Part shown: positions 50,717 through 59,745 of the stretch, one piece after another
Layout of the letters: each line of letters begins with the position of its first letter
Position numbering within the stretch: the first letter of the stretch is position 1
Assembly (NCBI GenBank): GCA_041743865.1
Contig: JBGTLY010000030.1
Location: 8,410 to 72,409, forward strand
Direction of reading: 5' to 3'
Length of the DNA: 64,000 nt
DNA from: Woeseiaceae bacterium
GTDB lineage: Bacteria; Pseudomonadota; Gammaproteobacteria; Steroidobacterales; Woeseiaceae
Notes under the pieces: generated by a model
What the model saw: only the letters and a program-made list of their open reading frames with translations
Told to the model about the DNA's origin: nothing
Databases searched by the model: none
Translations under genes and position numbers: made by a program

Positions 50717-50938
50717 ATGGCAAACATCTCGAGCGAAAACGTCGATTACCGGCTGCTCAACAATCTCAGCAAACTGGTGATCTGCAGCCCGTGTCTGCAA
50801 CAAGGCACGGTCACGCCGGTCCCACAGATTATCAGTCCGGATCGCAAGATCACGAACGTATGCGCCCGGTGCCGGAACCGGCACCTGCCGAAGAACGGGC
50901 GCAAAGCGGGCAAATTGCTCCCATTCCCGCATGGCTAG
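50717..50938 (+). CDS. small zinc-ribbon protein (73 aa, CxxC-21-CxxC, basic tail)
   Basis: ORF 50618..50938 trimmed to ATG 50717, with GGAGG 7 nt upstream. Hand count gives GC3 about 76% against GC1 about 56%, which favours this strand over antisense ORF 50630..51031. Motifs CSPC and CARC. Confidence 0.45.
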   Translation: MANISSENVDYRLLNNLSKLVICSPCLQQGTVTPVPQIISPDRKITNVCARCRNRHLPKNGRKAGKLLPFPHG

Positions 50939-50979
50939 TCTTGCGTGACCCACCGCGGCCGCGGTGCCAGAATAGGCGC

Positions 50980-51558
50980 ATGGCCAAACTCTATTTCTAC
51001 TACTCCTCAATGAACGCAGGGAAATCGACATCCCTGCTGCAGTCCAGCTACAACTACAACGAGCGCGGCATGAGCACCATGATCATGGCGCCCGAACTGG
51101 ACGACCGCGACGGTGTTGGCAAAGTGTCATCGCGAATCGGCCTCCAGGCACCAGCGATTTCCTTCAAGCCCACCGACAACCTGTTCTCGCTGGTGGCAGC
51201 ACGCGTCGAGACCGGGCCACTGCATTGTGTACTGGTTGATGAAGCGCAATTCCTGAGCCGGGAGCAGGTCTTCCAACTTTCCGATGTGACCGATAAGCTC
51301 GGCGTTCCGGTTCTCGCATACGGATTGCGGACCGATTTCCAGGGCGAACCCTTCGAGGGAAGCAAGTACCTGCTTGCCTGGGCCGACACCATCAATGAAT
51401 TGAAAGCGATTTGCGAATGCGGCGCGAAAGCGACAATGACCGTGCGCCTGGACGAACACGGCAGCGCGATCCAGGAAGGTTCGCAGATAGAGATCGGCGG
51501 GAACGAACGTTACGTTGCGATGTGCCGAAAGCACTTCAAGAAGTATTTCTTCAGCTGA
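50980..51558 (+). CDS. tdk: thymidine kinase
   Basis: ORF 50563..51558 trimmed to ATG 50980 ([22 protein letters not shown]-loop). VDEAQFL. C-terminal zinc site CECG...CRKH. Confidence 0.92.
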   Translation: MAKLYFYYSSMNAGKSTSLLQSSYNYNERGMSTMIMAPELDDRDGVGKVSSRIGLQAPAISFKPTDNLFSLVAARVETGPLHCVLVDEAQFLSREQVFQLSDVTDKLGVPVLAYGLRTDFQGEPFEGSKYLLAWADTINELKAICECGAKATMTVRLDEHGSAIQEGSQIEIGGNERYVAMCRKHFKKYFFS

Positions 51559-51564
51559 GCGTGG

Positions 51565-52848
51565 TCAGCTGCCGAGAGTGGGCAGGTTTTCGGAGGGCGC
51601 GGGGATAAGCTCGGTGTGTTCCCGCGCCAGCAACGCCCGCATGTCGTCAAGGGTCTTCATTATCGCCGTCGCCGCAAACTCGGTGCCTTCGAGCGAGCCC
51701 CGTTGCGTGGCGTGCGGATCACTGAACTTGATACGGTAGTGTCCAAGTGCGATTACGTCGCTATCGACGAGGACATGATTCGAGACACGCCGCGAATTTA
51801 CGAATGTACCGTTCGAGCTATTGAGGTCCATCAGGAATGTCGATGGTCCGTTACGTACGAGCATCAGGTGATGCCGGCTGACGAACCGGCTATCGATCGC
51901 AAGATCGTTGTGTTCGGAACGCCCGACCAGCAGGCGCGACTGCTGCAGGGAATATTCCTGCAGCAAAGCACCGTCTTTGGAGACGTAGAGCACCGGCGCT
52001 GCCGGTGCCGGTCCGTCGTCCGTGCCGCTCGCCACCGCTTTGCCGTCATCCCAAGTACCCTTCGGGACCGTGGGATGTTCGATACAGCGCGCAGGAACGG
52101 GCAGGGTTTCCGATCGGGCAAGCGCCAGCAAAGCGATACGATCCAATACGCCGGGCCAGCCCCCGGACGCATGCCATAGCTCATTACAGATTGATTGTGG
52201 AAAGATGAAGGTGGGCGCGCGCGTCCCGGCCGCGCGCAGTTTGTCGTGCAGATAGCCCGCAGCCTCGTCGACGCGCAGGGGCCGGACGTGGATATCGCGC
52301 GTAACACGCAGGTCCACCGCGTCGAATGCGTCGGCAGAGTAAAATGCCTGCAGCGACCGGTCGCTGGCGAGCACGAGCTTGATCGCGCAGGTTTGCCGGG
52401 TTTGCAGGGTGGCAAGTTCCGCAATCGCGCGCGTGGCGCTCGGGCTTAGCAGGTGCGTATTCTCGACAATGACGACCGGCGGACGATGGCGCGCGGCCTG
52501 CTGCAAGGCAAACACCCTGAGCATCGCAAGCAGCTCGCTGGTGGAGCTGTACTCGACGTCGTAACCAAACTGGTGCAGGACGCTTTCGAGCAGGGCGCTC
52601 GTCTTGTAGCTCGACCCGTCGACGAATGCCACGGCGGTATCTTCGGGCACACGGCCAACGAACTCCCGCAGTATCGTGGTTTTGCCGCACAATGCCGGTC
52701 CCTGCAGGAAGGCGATCCCGAGGGGCAGGGATCGCGCGCTTTCGAGTGCCTCGATAGCGGCCCGATGGGCGGCATACGGAACGACGCTCAACGGACGCCC
52801 GTGCGTCCGAAAGGGTTGTTCATGCAAGCCTGCCGACGCCAGATCCAT
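51565..52848 (-). CDS. ExeA/GspA-like AAA ATPase fused to a C-terminal FHA domain
   Basis: N-terminus LHEQPFRTHGRPLSVVPYAAHRAAIEAL with Walker A LQGPALCGKTT and Walker B-like VVIVENTH (ExeA/MshM pattern). C-terminal FHA core LLVGRSEHNDLAIDSRFVSRHHLMLVRNG...LNSSNGTFVNSRRV. Confidence 0.8.
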   Translation of the reverse strand: MDLASAGLHEQPFRTHGRPLSVVPYAAHRAAIEALESARSLPLGIAFLQGPALCGKTTILREFVGRVPEDTAVAFVDGSSYKTSALLESVLHQFGYDVEYSSTSELLAMLRVFALQQAARHRPPVVIVENTHLLSPSATRAIAELATLQTRQTCAIKLVLASDRSLQAFYSADAFDAVDLRVTRDIHVRPLRVDEAAGYLHDKLRAAGTRAPTFIFPQSICNELWHASGGWPGVLDRIALLALARSETLPVPARCIEHPTVPKGTWDDGKAVASGTDDGPAPAAPVLYVSKDGALLQEYSLQQSRLLVGRSEHNDLAIDSRFVSRHHLMLVRNGPSTFLMDLNSSNGTFVNSRRVSNHVLVDSDVIALGHYRIKFSDPHATQRGSLEGTEFAATAIMKTLDDMRALLAREHTELIPAPSENLPTLGS

Positions 52849-52877
52849 TAGTTTGAACTCGCTCCTCGTTTGCCTGT

Positions 52878-52909
52878 GATGATTCGGCTACCGTCGGGGC
52901 CGAATCATC
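52878..52909. promoter_or_regulatory. perfect 11-bp inverted repeat (GATGATTCGGC-10 nt-GCCGAATCATC) upstream of the AAA-FHA gene
   Basis: Arms at 52878..52888 and 52899..52909 are exact reverse complements. On the plus strand CCCTGTCTTTT follows. It lies 30-60 nt upstream of the minus-strand ATG at 52848. Confidence 0.6.
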
Positions 52910-53131
52910 CCTGTCTTTTAAAGTACCAGTCCCTTATGTACAAATCCGGCCGGGTCGGTCAGTCTACGTTTCCGCCGAGGGGGGTACAAACCCCAATGTG
53001 CACGAGCGAACATGGCCAAAGACCTCCGGTCTATATCTCGAAAGGTTTGCATAAAACGTGTATAAGTCTCTAACTGATAGCATATTTAGTTGGGCACTCC
53101 CTTGGGTTCAACAGATATCCGGAGCCTGGAT

Positions 53132-53746
53132 TTGAGCGACACGCTGTCGGCCGACGACCTCTTGTTGATTCGTGGCGAACGCTGCCTGTTCGCAAACCTG
53201 AGTTTCACGCTCGTATCGGGCGAACTGATGCTGCTCGAGGGTCGGAACGGCAGTGGCAAGACCAGCCTTTTGAAGACGCTGGCCGGGATCCTGGAGCCCG
53301 AAGCGGGCGAGGTCCGCTGGAACGGCGAAGCGACGCGGCACCAGCGGCAGGTTTTTTTTGGTGCGACGGCGTGGCTCGGACACCGGATCGGTTTCAAGCG
53401 CGACCTTACCGCGATCGAGAACCTGCGTTTCGAGGCGTCACTGCGCCCAGTACGCACGCGCGATATCGAAGAAGCGCTGGAGCGCCTCGGTGTCTTGCGG
53501 CTGAAGAAACTGCCCCTCAGGTCCCTTTCGGCCGGGCAGCAACGGCGGGTCGCGCTGGCGCGGATGCTGCTGGCCGCCGCACCGCTATGGCTGCTGGATG
53601 AACCATTCACTAATCTCGACCGTGACGGACGCGCGCTCGTTGTCGAACTGATTGCGGAGCACGTGGAGAATGGCGGCATGTGCATCGTCGCAGCGCACCA
53701 GGACGTCGAAATCGACACGCCGACACAACGGATTCAGCTCCAGTGA
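53132..53746 (+). CDS. ccmA: heme ABC exporter ATP-binding protein CcmA
   Basis: Walker A GRNGSGKTSLL, signature LSAGQQRR, Walker B LWLLDEPFTNLD. The track start is TTG 53090. I prefer in-frame TTG 53132 (GGAG 7 nt upstream), which gives an E. coli-like length of 204 aa. Confidence 0.9.
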   Translation: MSDTLSADDLLLIRGERCLFANLSFTLVSGELMLLEGRNGSGKTSLLKTLAGILEPEAGEVRWNGEATRHQRQVFFGATAWLGHRIGFKRDLTAIENLRFEASLRPVRTRDIEEALERLGVLRLKKLPLRSLSAGQQRRVALARMLLAAAPLWLLDEPFTNLDRDGRALVVELIAEHVENGGMCIVAAHQDVEIDTPTQRIQLQ

Positions 53747-54441
53747 GCACGATTCTGACCACCATGCCAGGGCTGGCGACGGGCATGCTCGCCATGATTC
53801 GCCGGGATCTGCTTCTCGCCTGTAAGCGGCCCGGCGACATACTGAATCCGCTGTTTTTTTTCGTGATGGTTTGCACGCTCTTCCCGCTGGCGATAGGGCC
53901 CAGTGTCGAAGAAATGCGGTACTCTGCACCGGGTGTGCTCTGGGTAGCGGCGCTTCTTGCCATGCTCCTGTCGCTCAACAGCCTGTTCCTCACGGATTTC
54001 GAGGACGGAAGCCTGGAACAGATGCTCGTCAGCCCTCAGCCGCTCGTGATTCTCGCGCTGGGCAAGACGGCCGCCCACTGGCTGACCAATGGCCTGCCGC
54101 TCGTTGTCCTGAGCCCGGTTGCCGCGATTGCTTTTCAGCTACCCGGCTCGACGGTGTGGGTGCTGGTGCACACGCTTTTGCTCGGGACCTTGTGCCTGAG
54201 CCTGCTGGGCGCCGTCGGCGCAGCGTTGACTGTCGGTCTGCATCGCGGTACCGCGCTCCTCAGCCTGCTCATCCTCCCGATCGCGATGCCGGTGCTCATC
54301 TTTGGTGCGCGAACCGTCTCTCTTGCCGCTGCAGGCGATGACTATGCCACCGGTCTGTATGCGCTTGCCGCGTACGCGTTCGCGGCCGTGTCTCTTGCAC
54401 CTTTTGCCACCGCAGCCGCATTGCGAATTAGTAGCGAGTAG
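53743..54441 (+). CDS. ccmB: heme exporter protein CcmB
   Basis: Collinear with E. coli CcmB (NPLFFFVMVCTLFPLAIGP, DGSLEQM, SPFATAAALRIS). GTG 53743 overlaps the ccmA stop. ATG 53764 or 53785 are alternative starts. Confidence 0.9.
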   Translation: MSTILTTMPGLATGMLAMIRRDLLLACKRPGDILNPLFFFVMVCTLFPLAIGPSVEEMRYSAPGVLWVAALLAMLLSLNSLFLTDFEDGSLEQMLVSPQPLVILALGKTAAHWLTNGLPLVVLSPVAAIAFQLPGSTVWVLVHTLLLGTLCLSLLGAVGAALTVGLHRGTALLSLLILPIAMPVLIFGARTVSLAAAGDDYATGLYALAAYAFAAVSLAPFATAAALRISSE

Positions 54442-54452
54442 AATTGACGGCC

Positions 54453-55205
54453 ATGTGGACATTTCTGCACCAGTTTGCGTCGCCACCGCATTTCTACCGA
54501 CTTGCGCGAACCCTGATACCGTGGCTGGCGGTGCCTGCCTATGTGCTGCTCTTGTATGGCACTATCGCAGGCCTGTTCCTCGCGCCGCAGGATTATCAGC
54601 AGAAAGACGCATTTCGAATTGTCTATGTGCACGCACCTGCCGCCTATTTGTCGATGATGGCTTACGTCGTAATGGCGCTTGCTGGCGGGATAGGCCTCAT
54701 CTGGCGGATGAAGCTTGCGCATGCCGTTGCCGCGAGTGCCGCGCCCATCGGCGCATCGTTTACGTTCCTCGCGCTGGCGACCGGTTCGATCTGGGGTCGG
54801 CCAATGTGGGGAACTTGGTGGGAGTGGGGTGATCCTCGCCTCATGTCGGAACTCATCCTGCTTTTCCTGTACATAGGTTATATGGCCCTGCGAAACGCGA
54901 TCGACGACACAGCGAAGGCTGACAAGGCCAGTGCCGTCCTGGCGCTCGTCGGTGTCGTCAATGTGCCGGTGATTCATTTTTCTGTGGAGTGGTGGACGTC
55001 CCTGCACCAGACGTCGACACTCCTCGACGAGGGCGGTCCGGCGATGGATGCAGCAATGCTGTATCCCCTGCTCGCGAACATCCTTGGCTTCACGCTGCTG
55101 TTCGGCGCTCTGCTGCTACGGCGCGTGCGCTCCGAGGTGCTCAGCCGGGAACGTCGTGCGCGTTGGGTCAGGGACCTGTTCCTGCAACCGGGAGCGAACG
55201 TATGA
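54453..55205 (+). CDS. ccmC: heme ABC transporter permease CcmC
   Basis: MWTFLHQFASPPHFYRL aligns with the E. coli CcmC N-terminus. WWD motif WGRPMWGTWWEWGDPRL. The track start is TTG 54444. Confidence 0.93.
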   Translation: MWTFLHQFASPPHFYRLARTLIPWLAVPAYVLLLYGTIAGLFLAPQDYQQKDAFRIVYVHAPAAYLSMMAYVVMALAGGIGLIWRMKLAHAVAASAAPIGASFTFLALATGSIWGRPMWGTWWEWGDPRLMSELILLFLYIGYMALRNAIDDTAKADKASAVLALVGVVNVPVIHFSVEWWTSLHQTSTLLDEGGPAMDAAMLYPLLANILGFTLLFGALLLRRVRSEVLSRERRARWVRDLFLQPGANV

Positions 55206-55366
55206 TCGAGAAACTGGCGATGAGCGGTTATGGATTCTATGTCTGGACATCTTTCGCGCTCGCGTTCATCGTTGTCGTAATGAACGAATGGTCTGCGAGG
55301 CGGCGGTATCGTGCCGTTTATCGTGAGGTCGAAGTGCGCATCAAGACTTTCGAGGACCAGGCATGA
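55202..55366 (+). CDS. ccmD: heme exporter protein CcmD
   Basis: 54 aa, single TM segment (MSGYGFYVWTSFALAFIVVVM). ATGA overlap with the ccmC stop. Position between ccmC and ccmE. Confidence 0.8.
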   Translation: MIEKLAMSGYGFYVWTSFALAFIVVVMNEWSARRRYRAVYREVEVRIKTFEDQA

Positions 55367-55830
55367 AACCGCGTCAGCAACGAATGCTCGCAGTCGGTCT
55401 GGCACTGGCGGGACTGACAATAGCGGCGGGACTTACGTTCACGGCGTTTCGCGACAACATGATGTTCTTCATCGAGGTATCGGACGTTGTAGCGGGCGAA
55501 TACCCGGCAGACCGGAATTTTCGAATCGGCGGACTCGTCGTTGATGGCAGTGTAGAGCGCGCGGACGGGTCGCTCGATGTGCACTTCCGCGTCACGGACC
55601 TGCGTTGCGAGCTGCCGGTGAGATACACCGGTGTCCTGCCAGACCTGTTTCGCGAAGGGCAGGGAGTCGTTGCTCACGGCCGGATTCAGTCGGACGTTTT
55701 CATCGCTGACAAGGTTCTGGCAAAGCACGATGAAAACTATACGGCGCCCGAGGTTGCGGAATCGCTGGCGCGCCATGTCGGGGAGAAAACATCGGCCGCC
55801 GCCAATGCGGAAGAGTGCGGACGCGGATGA
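55363..55830 (+). CDS. ccmE: cytochrome c maturation heme chaperone CcmE
   Basis: N-terminal anchor, OB-fold and the heme-binding motif LAKHDENYTAPEV. Confidence 0.93.
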   Translation: MKPRQQRMLAVGLALAGLTIAAGLTFTAFRDNMMFFIEVSDVVAGEYPADRNFRIGGLVVDGSVERADGSLDVHFRVTDLRCELPVRYTGVLPDLFREGQGVVAHGRIQSDVFIADKVLAKHDENYTAPEVAESLARHVGEKTSAAANAEECGRG

Positions 55831-57797
55831 CGCCTGAAGTCGGCCACTTCGCCCTGATCCTCGCGTTGTCCCTGGCGATGTGCCAGGCGACGTTGCCGTT
55901 AATCGGGGTGTATCGCAAGGATGCGGCCATGATGGCGACGGCACGCTCGGCGGCCACCGGACAGTTTCTGTTCGTCGCGATTTCCTTCGCATGCCTGGTG
56001 GCCTCGTTCCTGGCCGATGACTTCTCGGTGCTCTACGTCGCGAACAACTCGCAACTCAATCTGCCGACGATGTACAAGGTATCGGCGACATGGGCAGCGC
56101 ACGAAGGATCACTCCTGTTATGGGTCCTCGTACTCGCGGGCTGGACGCTGGCGGTCGCTCATTTCAGCAGGCAGCTCGACGACGGGTTCCGTGCCCTGGT
56201 CCTTGGCGTGCTTGGCTGGCTGTCGATCGGCTTCCTCACCTTTACGCTGTTTACGTCAAATCCGTTTGATCGACTGTCGCCGGCCGCCATGGACGGTGCC
56301 GACCTGAACCCCTTGCTCCAGGACCCGGGCCTCGCGATACATCCGCCCCTGCTATATGTGGGCTACGTGGGTTTCTCGGTCGCGTTCGCGTTTGCGGTGG
56401 CGGCGATGATCAGTGGCCGGCTCGACCGGGACTGGGCGCGCTGGACCCGCCCCTGGACGACCGTTGCCTGGCTGTTCCTGACCATCGGCATTGCGCTTGG
56501 CAGCTGGTGGGCCTATTACGAGCTCGGCTGGGGCGGCTGGTGGTTCTGGGACCCGGTTGAAAACGCGTCGTTCATGCCCTGGCTCGTCGGCACCGCATTA
56601 ATTCATTCGCTGGCGGTCACGGAGAAGCGCGGGTTGTTCAAGAGCTGGACCCTGTTACTCGCCATCGCAACATTTTCCTTGAGCTTGCTCGGGACGTTCC
56701 TGGTCCGCTCCGGCATCATCGTGTCGGTCCACGCGTTCGCAAGCGATCCGACGCGCGGCTATTTCATCCTGGCGTTTCTCGCAATCGTGATCCTCGCGGC
56801 CTTGGTGTTGTTTGCATTCCGCGCACCGACGCTCGATACGGACGCTGGTTTCCGCCCGGTATCGCGCGAGACCTTTCTTTTGCTGAATAACGTGCTGTTG
56901 GTCATCGCCGCGGCGCTCGTGTTTCTGGGCACCCTCGCTCCTCTGATCGCCGACGTCGCCGGTGCCGGCAAGATCTCGGTGGGCAAGCCGTGGTTCGACA
57001 TCGCGTTTTCGATACCAATGATTCCGCTCCTGATCCTCGTAGGAATTGGCATGCACACGGCATGGCGCTCCCAGCCGCCGGGTGTCCTTTGGCGCGTGCT
57101 CAGGGTGCCGGCCCTCGTCGCCATCGTCGCCGGGCTGGTACTGCCGTGGCTTGCCTGGGGCTCGGCCGGTCCGCTGCTTCTGGTGGGCACGGTGGCAGCC
57201 ATCTGGCTCATGGCCAGCTCCATCGTGCTCCCGCTGCGCTCCTTGCGCCGCCGCCAAGCCGGAGCAGCCCCCATTACCCGGGCCACGCTGGGTATGTCGC
57301 TGGCCCATTTCGGCGTCGGTGTGTTCGTGCTCGGTGTTACCGTGGTGTCGGCGTTCAGCATTGAGTCCGACCAGCCACTGAGCCCGGGTCAATCCGCAAG
57401 TGCCGGGCCGTATGTTTTCGAGATGCGCGAGTTGCTCGATGTGGAAGGGCCGAACTACATCGCAAGGGAAGCGGTCGTCGACATCCGTCGCGACGGCGAG
57501 TTCGTCGGGCAGGTCCGGCCGCAAAAACGACAATACCAGGTACAGAAGAGCTGGATGACGGAGGCCGGTATCCTCGAAGGCTGGAACCGGGACCTCCTGA
57601 TCTCCATGGGCGATCCGATCGGCACAGGCACGTGGAGCGTCCGCGTGCAGTACAAACCGCTGATCCGGTTCATCTGGCTCGGTGCTTTCATCATGGCGCT
57701 CGGAGGGCTTCTCGCGGCGACCGACAGGCGGTACCGCGTTCCGGTCGCCGCACGCGTACGGGCGCCGGCGCGCCAGGCCATCCCGGAACAGGCCTGA
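55827..57797 (+). CDS. ccmF: heme lyase CcmF
   Basis: ORF 55815..57797 trimmed to ATG 55827 (ATGA overlap with ccmE). WWD motif WGGWWFWDPVENAS. Many TM helices. 656 aa. Confidence 0.95.
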   Translation: MTPEVGHFALILALSLAMCQATLPLIGVYRKDAAMMATARSAATGQFLFVAISFACLVASFLADDFSVLYVANNSQLNLPTMYKVSATWAAHEGSLLLWVLVLAGWTLAVAHFSRQLDDGFRALVLGVLGWLSIGFLTFTLFTSNPFDRLSPAAMDGADLNPLLQDPGLAIHPPLLYVGYVGFSVAFAFAVAAMISGRLDRDWARWTRPWTTVAWLFLTIGIALGSWWAYYELGWGGWWFWDPVENASFMPWLVGTALIHSLAVTEKRGLFKSWTLLLAIATFSLSLLGTFLVRSGIIVSVHAFASDPTRGYFILAFLAIVILAALVLFAFRAPTLDTDAGFRPVSRETFLLLNNVLLVIAAALVFLGTLAPLIADVAGAGKISVGKPWFDIAFSIPMIPLLILVGIGMHTAWRSQPPGVLWRVLRVPALVAIVAGLVLPWLAWGSAGPLLLVGTVAAIWLMASSIVLPLRSLRRRQAGAAPITRATLGMSLAHFGVGVFVLGVTVVSAFSIESDQPLSPGQSASAGPYVFEMRELLDVEGPNYIAREAVVDIRRDGEFVGQVRPQKRQYQVQKSWMTEAGILEGWNRDLLISMGDPIGTGTWSVRVQYKPLIRFIWLGAFIMALGGLLAATDRRYRVPVAARVRAPARQAIPEQA

Positions 57798-58327
57798 TGC
57801 TGAAGTACGTACTGCTCATTGCCGCGTTCGTCGGCCTGGTCGTCGTGTTTTCGATTGGCCTCACGCGCGATCCCAGTGCACTGCCCTCGACCTACATCGG
57901 GGAACCGACGCCCGTTTTTGATCTGCCCGAGCTCAGGGATCCCGGACGCCGCGTGAGCAACGAGACCCTCGCCGGCCAGATGTCACTCGTCAACGTCTGG
58001 GCGACATGGTGCGTCGGCTGTCGCCAGGAACACGGCTTCCTGATGGAACTTGCCCGCTCCGGGCGAATCCCGATATACGGCATCAACTGGAGGGACAATC
58101 GCAGCGATGCGCTGCGCTGGCTTGACCAGTACGGCGATCCTTACGAGATGTCCGGATTCGACGCCGACGGGCGTGCCGGTATCGACTGGGGCGTTTACGG
58201 CGCCCCGGAAACCTTTCTGGTCGATGGCAACGGTGTCGTGCTGCACAAGCATCTGGGCCCCCTTGACGCGGCTGCGTGGCAACGCGACTTCGAACCGAAA
58301 CTGAATGCACCGGGAACTCTGCAATGA
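57797..58327 (+). CDS. ccmG: thiol:disulfide interchange protein DsbE/CcmG
   Basis: ORF 57632..58327 trimmed to ATG 57797 (overlaps the ccmF stop). TM anchor, redox motif WATWCVGC and GVYGAPETFLVD. Confidence 0.92.
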   Translation: MLKYVLLIAAFVGLVVVFSIGLTRDPSALPSTYIGEPTPVFDLPELRDPGRRVSNETLAGQMSLVNVWATWCVGCRQEHGFLMELARSGRIPIYGINWRDNRSDALRWLDQYGDPYEMSGFDADGRAGIDWGVYGAPETFLVDGNGVVLHKHLGPLDAAAWQRDFEPKLNAPGTLQ

Positions 58328-58743
58328 GAAGGCTCGTGGTCGCCGTGGTCGCAATGTTGCTGGCCGGTACAGTTGCGTCGATTGATACCGAGCCCGCGTT
58401 TGACGATCCCGCGCTGCAGGTACGTTACGATCAGATCATCGAGGAGGTGCGTTGCCTCAAGTGCCAGAACCAGTCGATCAAAGATTCCAATGCGTTTCTT
58501 GCAGCGGACCTGAGGCGGGAGATCCGCCGGCTGCTCGAAGAGGGCAAGTCGGATGCCGATATTTATGACTTTCTGGTGACTCGCTACGGCGAGTTTGCGC
58601 TGTACCGGCCGCGCGCCTCCGGCAAAACGCTCGTTCTCTGGCTCGCTCCGGCGATTTTCCTGGTTCTGGGTGCAGGTGTATTGATCCGCGTGCTGCGTCG
58701 GCGCACGACCTTGCCGATCGACGACGACTCGCTCGGGAGCTGA
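58324..58743 (+). CDS. ccmH: cytochrome c-type biogenesis protein CcmH
   Basis: ORF 58276..58743 trimmed to ATG 58324 (ATGA overlap). Motif VRCLKCQNQSIKDSNA (LRCxxC type) and a C-terminal TM segment. Confidence 0.9.
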   Translation: MRRLVVAVVAMLLAGTVASIDTEPAFDDPALQVRYDQIIEEVRCLKCQNQSIKDSNAFLAADLRREIRRLLEEGKSDADIYDFLVTRYGEFALYRPRASGKTLVLWLAPAIFLVLGAGVLIRVLRRRTTLPIDDDSLGS

Positions 58744-58746
58744 TCG

Positions 58747-59745
58747 ATGCTGTTCACCCTGCTTGCACTCATGTGCCTGCTCGCTGCGGGTTTCGCGATA
58801 TTGCCTTTCGTACGGAATTTACGACGCACGGCGCCTGTTGCCGTGCCGACGCTGTTGCTGGTCATCGGCATCTCCGCGGGTATTTATGCCATGCAGGGCC
58901 GACCGGAGGTGCCATCCGGAGCGGGCTCGCAGCCGGACGTCAGCGCAATGGTATCGTCGCTGGCGTCGCGACTCGAATCACAACCGGATGACATCAACGG
59001 CTGGAAGATGCTTGGCCGGTCCTACATGACCATCGGCAACTTCGACGGTGCCGTCGAGGCATATGCGCGCGCTGTTGAGCTCGAAGATGCGCAGGATGCA
59101 CAAACGCTGGTCGACTATGGCGTCGCCCTGGCCCGTGCCGGCGGTGACGAGCTGTCAACAAAAGCCATGTCGGTGTTCGAGAACGCCATTACCCTCGCGC
59201 CCAACCATCCGGAGGCGTTGTTCTGGAGCGGGATCGCTGCGGTCAACCGCGGTGACCCGGCCGCGGCAGCGGATCGATGGGAGCGCCTGCTGGCCACGGA
59301 TCCGCCTCCGGAAGTGCGGTCGATTTTATCGGAGCGCATCGCTGAATGGCGAGGCGAGGCGGGCACAGCACAGGGTATTGCTCCACCCGCAGACGATCCA
59401 GCGCCGGTAGTGGACATTGATATCGCAGTCGCGGACAACGCGAGAGCAGCGCTGCCGGGGGACGCAAGCGTGTTCATCATCGCACGCGACCCGGCTCAGC
59501 CGTCGCCGCCGATCGCGGTCACGCGCCGCAACTTAGCCGAGCTACCGGCGCGCGTATCGCTCGGTGACCGGGATGCAATGATTCCAGGACGGCTGCTGTC
59601 CGGCTTCGAGCGCTTCGAAGTCGAGGTGCGGGCCTCGGCCACAGGCAATCCGGCCGCAGCGCCGGGAGACTGGTACGGGACGGCGATCGCGGTGCCGGCA
59701 GAGAACCGGGGGATTGCCGTGGAGATCGCGACACCGAGGCCTTAG
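58747..59745 (+). CDS. ccmI: c-type cytochrome biogenesis protein CcmI (TPR)
   Basis: Two N-terminal TM helices followed by TPR repeats (GWKMLGRSYMTIGNFDGAVEAYARAVEL). Last gene of the ccm operon. Confidence 0.8.
   Translation: MLFTLLALMCLLAAGFAILPFVRNLRRTAPVAVPTLLLVIGISAGIYAMQGRPEVPSGAGSQPDVSAMVSSLASRLESQPDDINGWKMLGRSYMTIGNFDGAVEAYARAVELEDAQDAQTLVDYGVALARAGGDELSTKAMSVFENAITLAPNHPEALFWSGIAAVNRGDPAAAADRWERLLATDPPPEVRSILSERIAEWRGEAGTAQGIAPPADDPAPVVDIDIAVADNARAALPGDASVFIIARDPAQPSPPIAVTRRNLAELPARVSLGDRDAMIPGRLLSGFERFEVEVRASATGNPAAAPGDWYGTAIAVPAENRGIAVEIATPRP

Noticed and set aside
50563-50979. 139-codon N-terminal extension of the tdk ORF, and the 133-aa antisense ORF 50630..51031
   Set aside because: The extension is Gln/Pro/Arg-rich junk that overlaps the upstream gene end. 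The canonical Tdk N-terminus with its P-loop starts at ATG 50980. The antisense ORF has a worse codon-position GC pattern than the zinc-ribbon frame.
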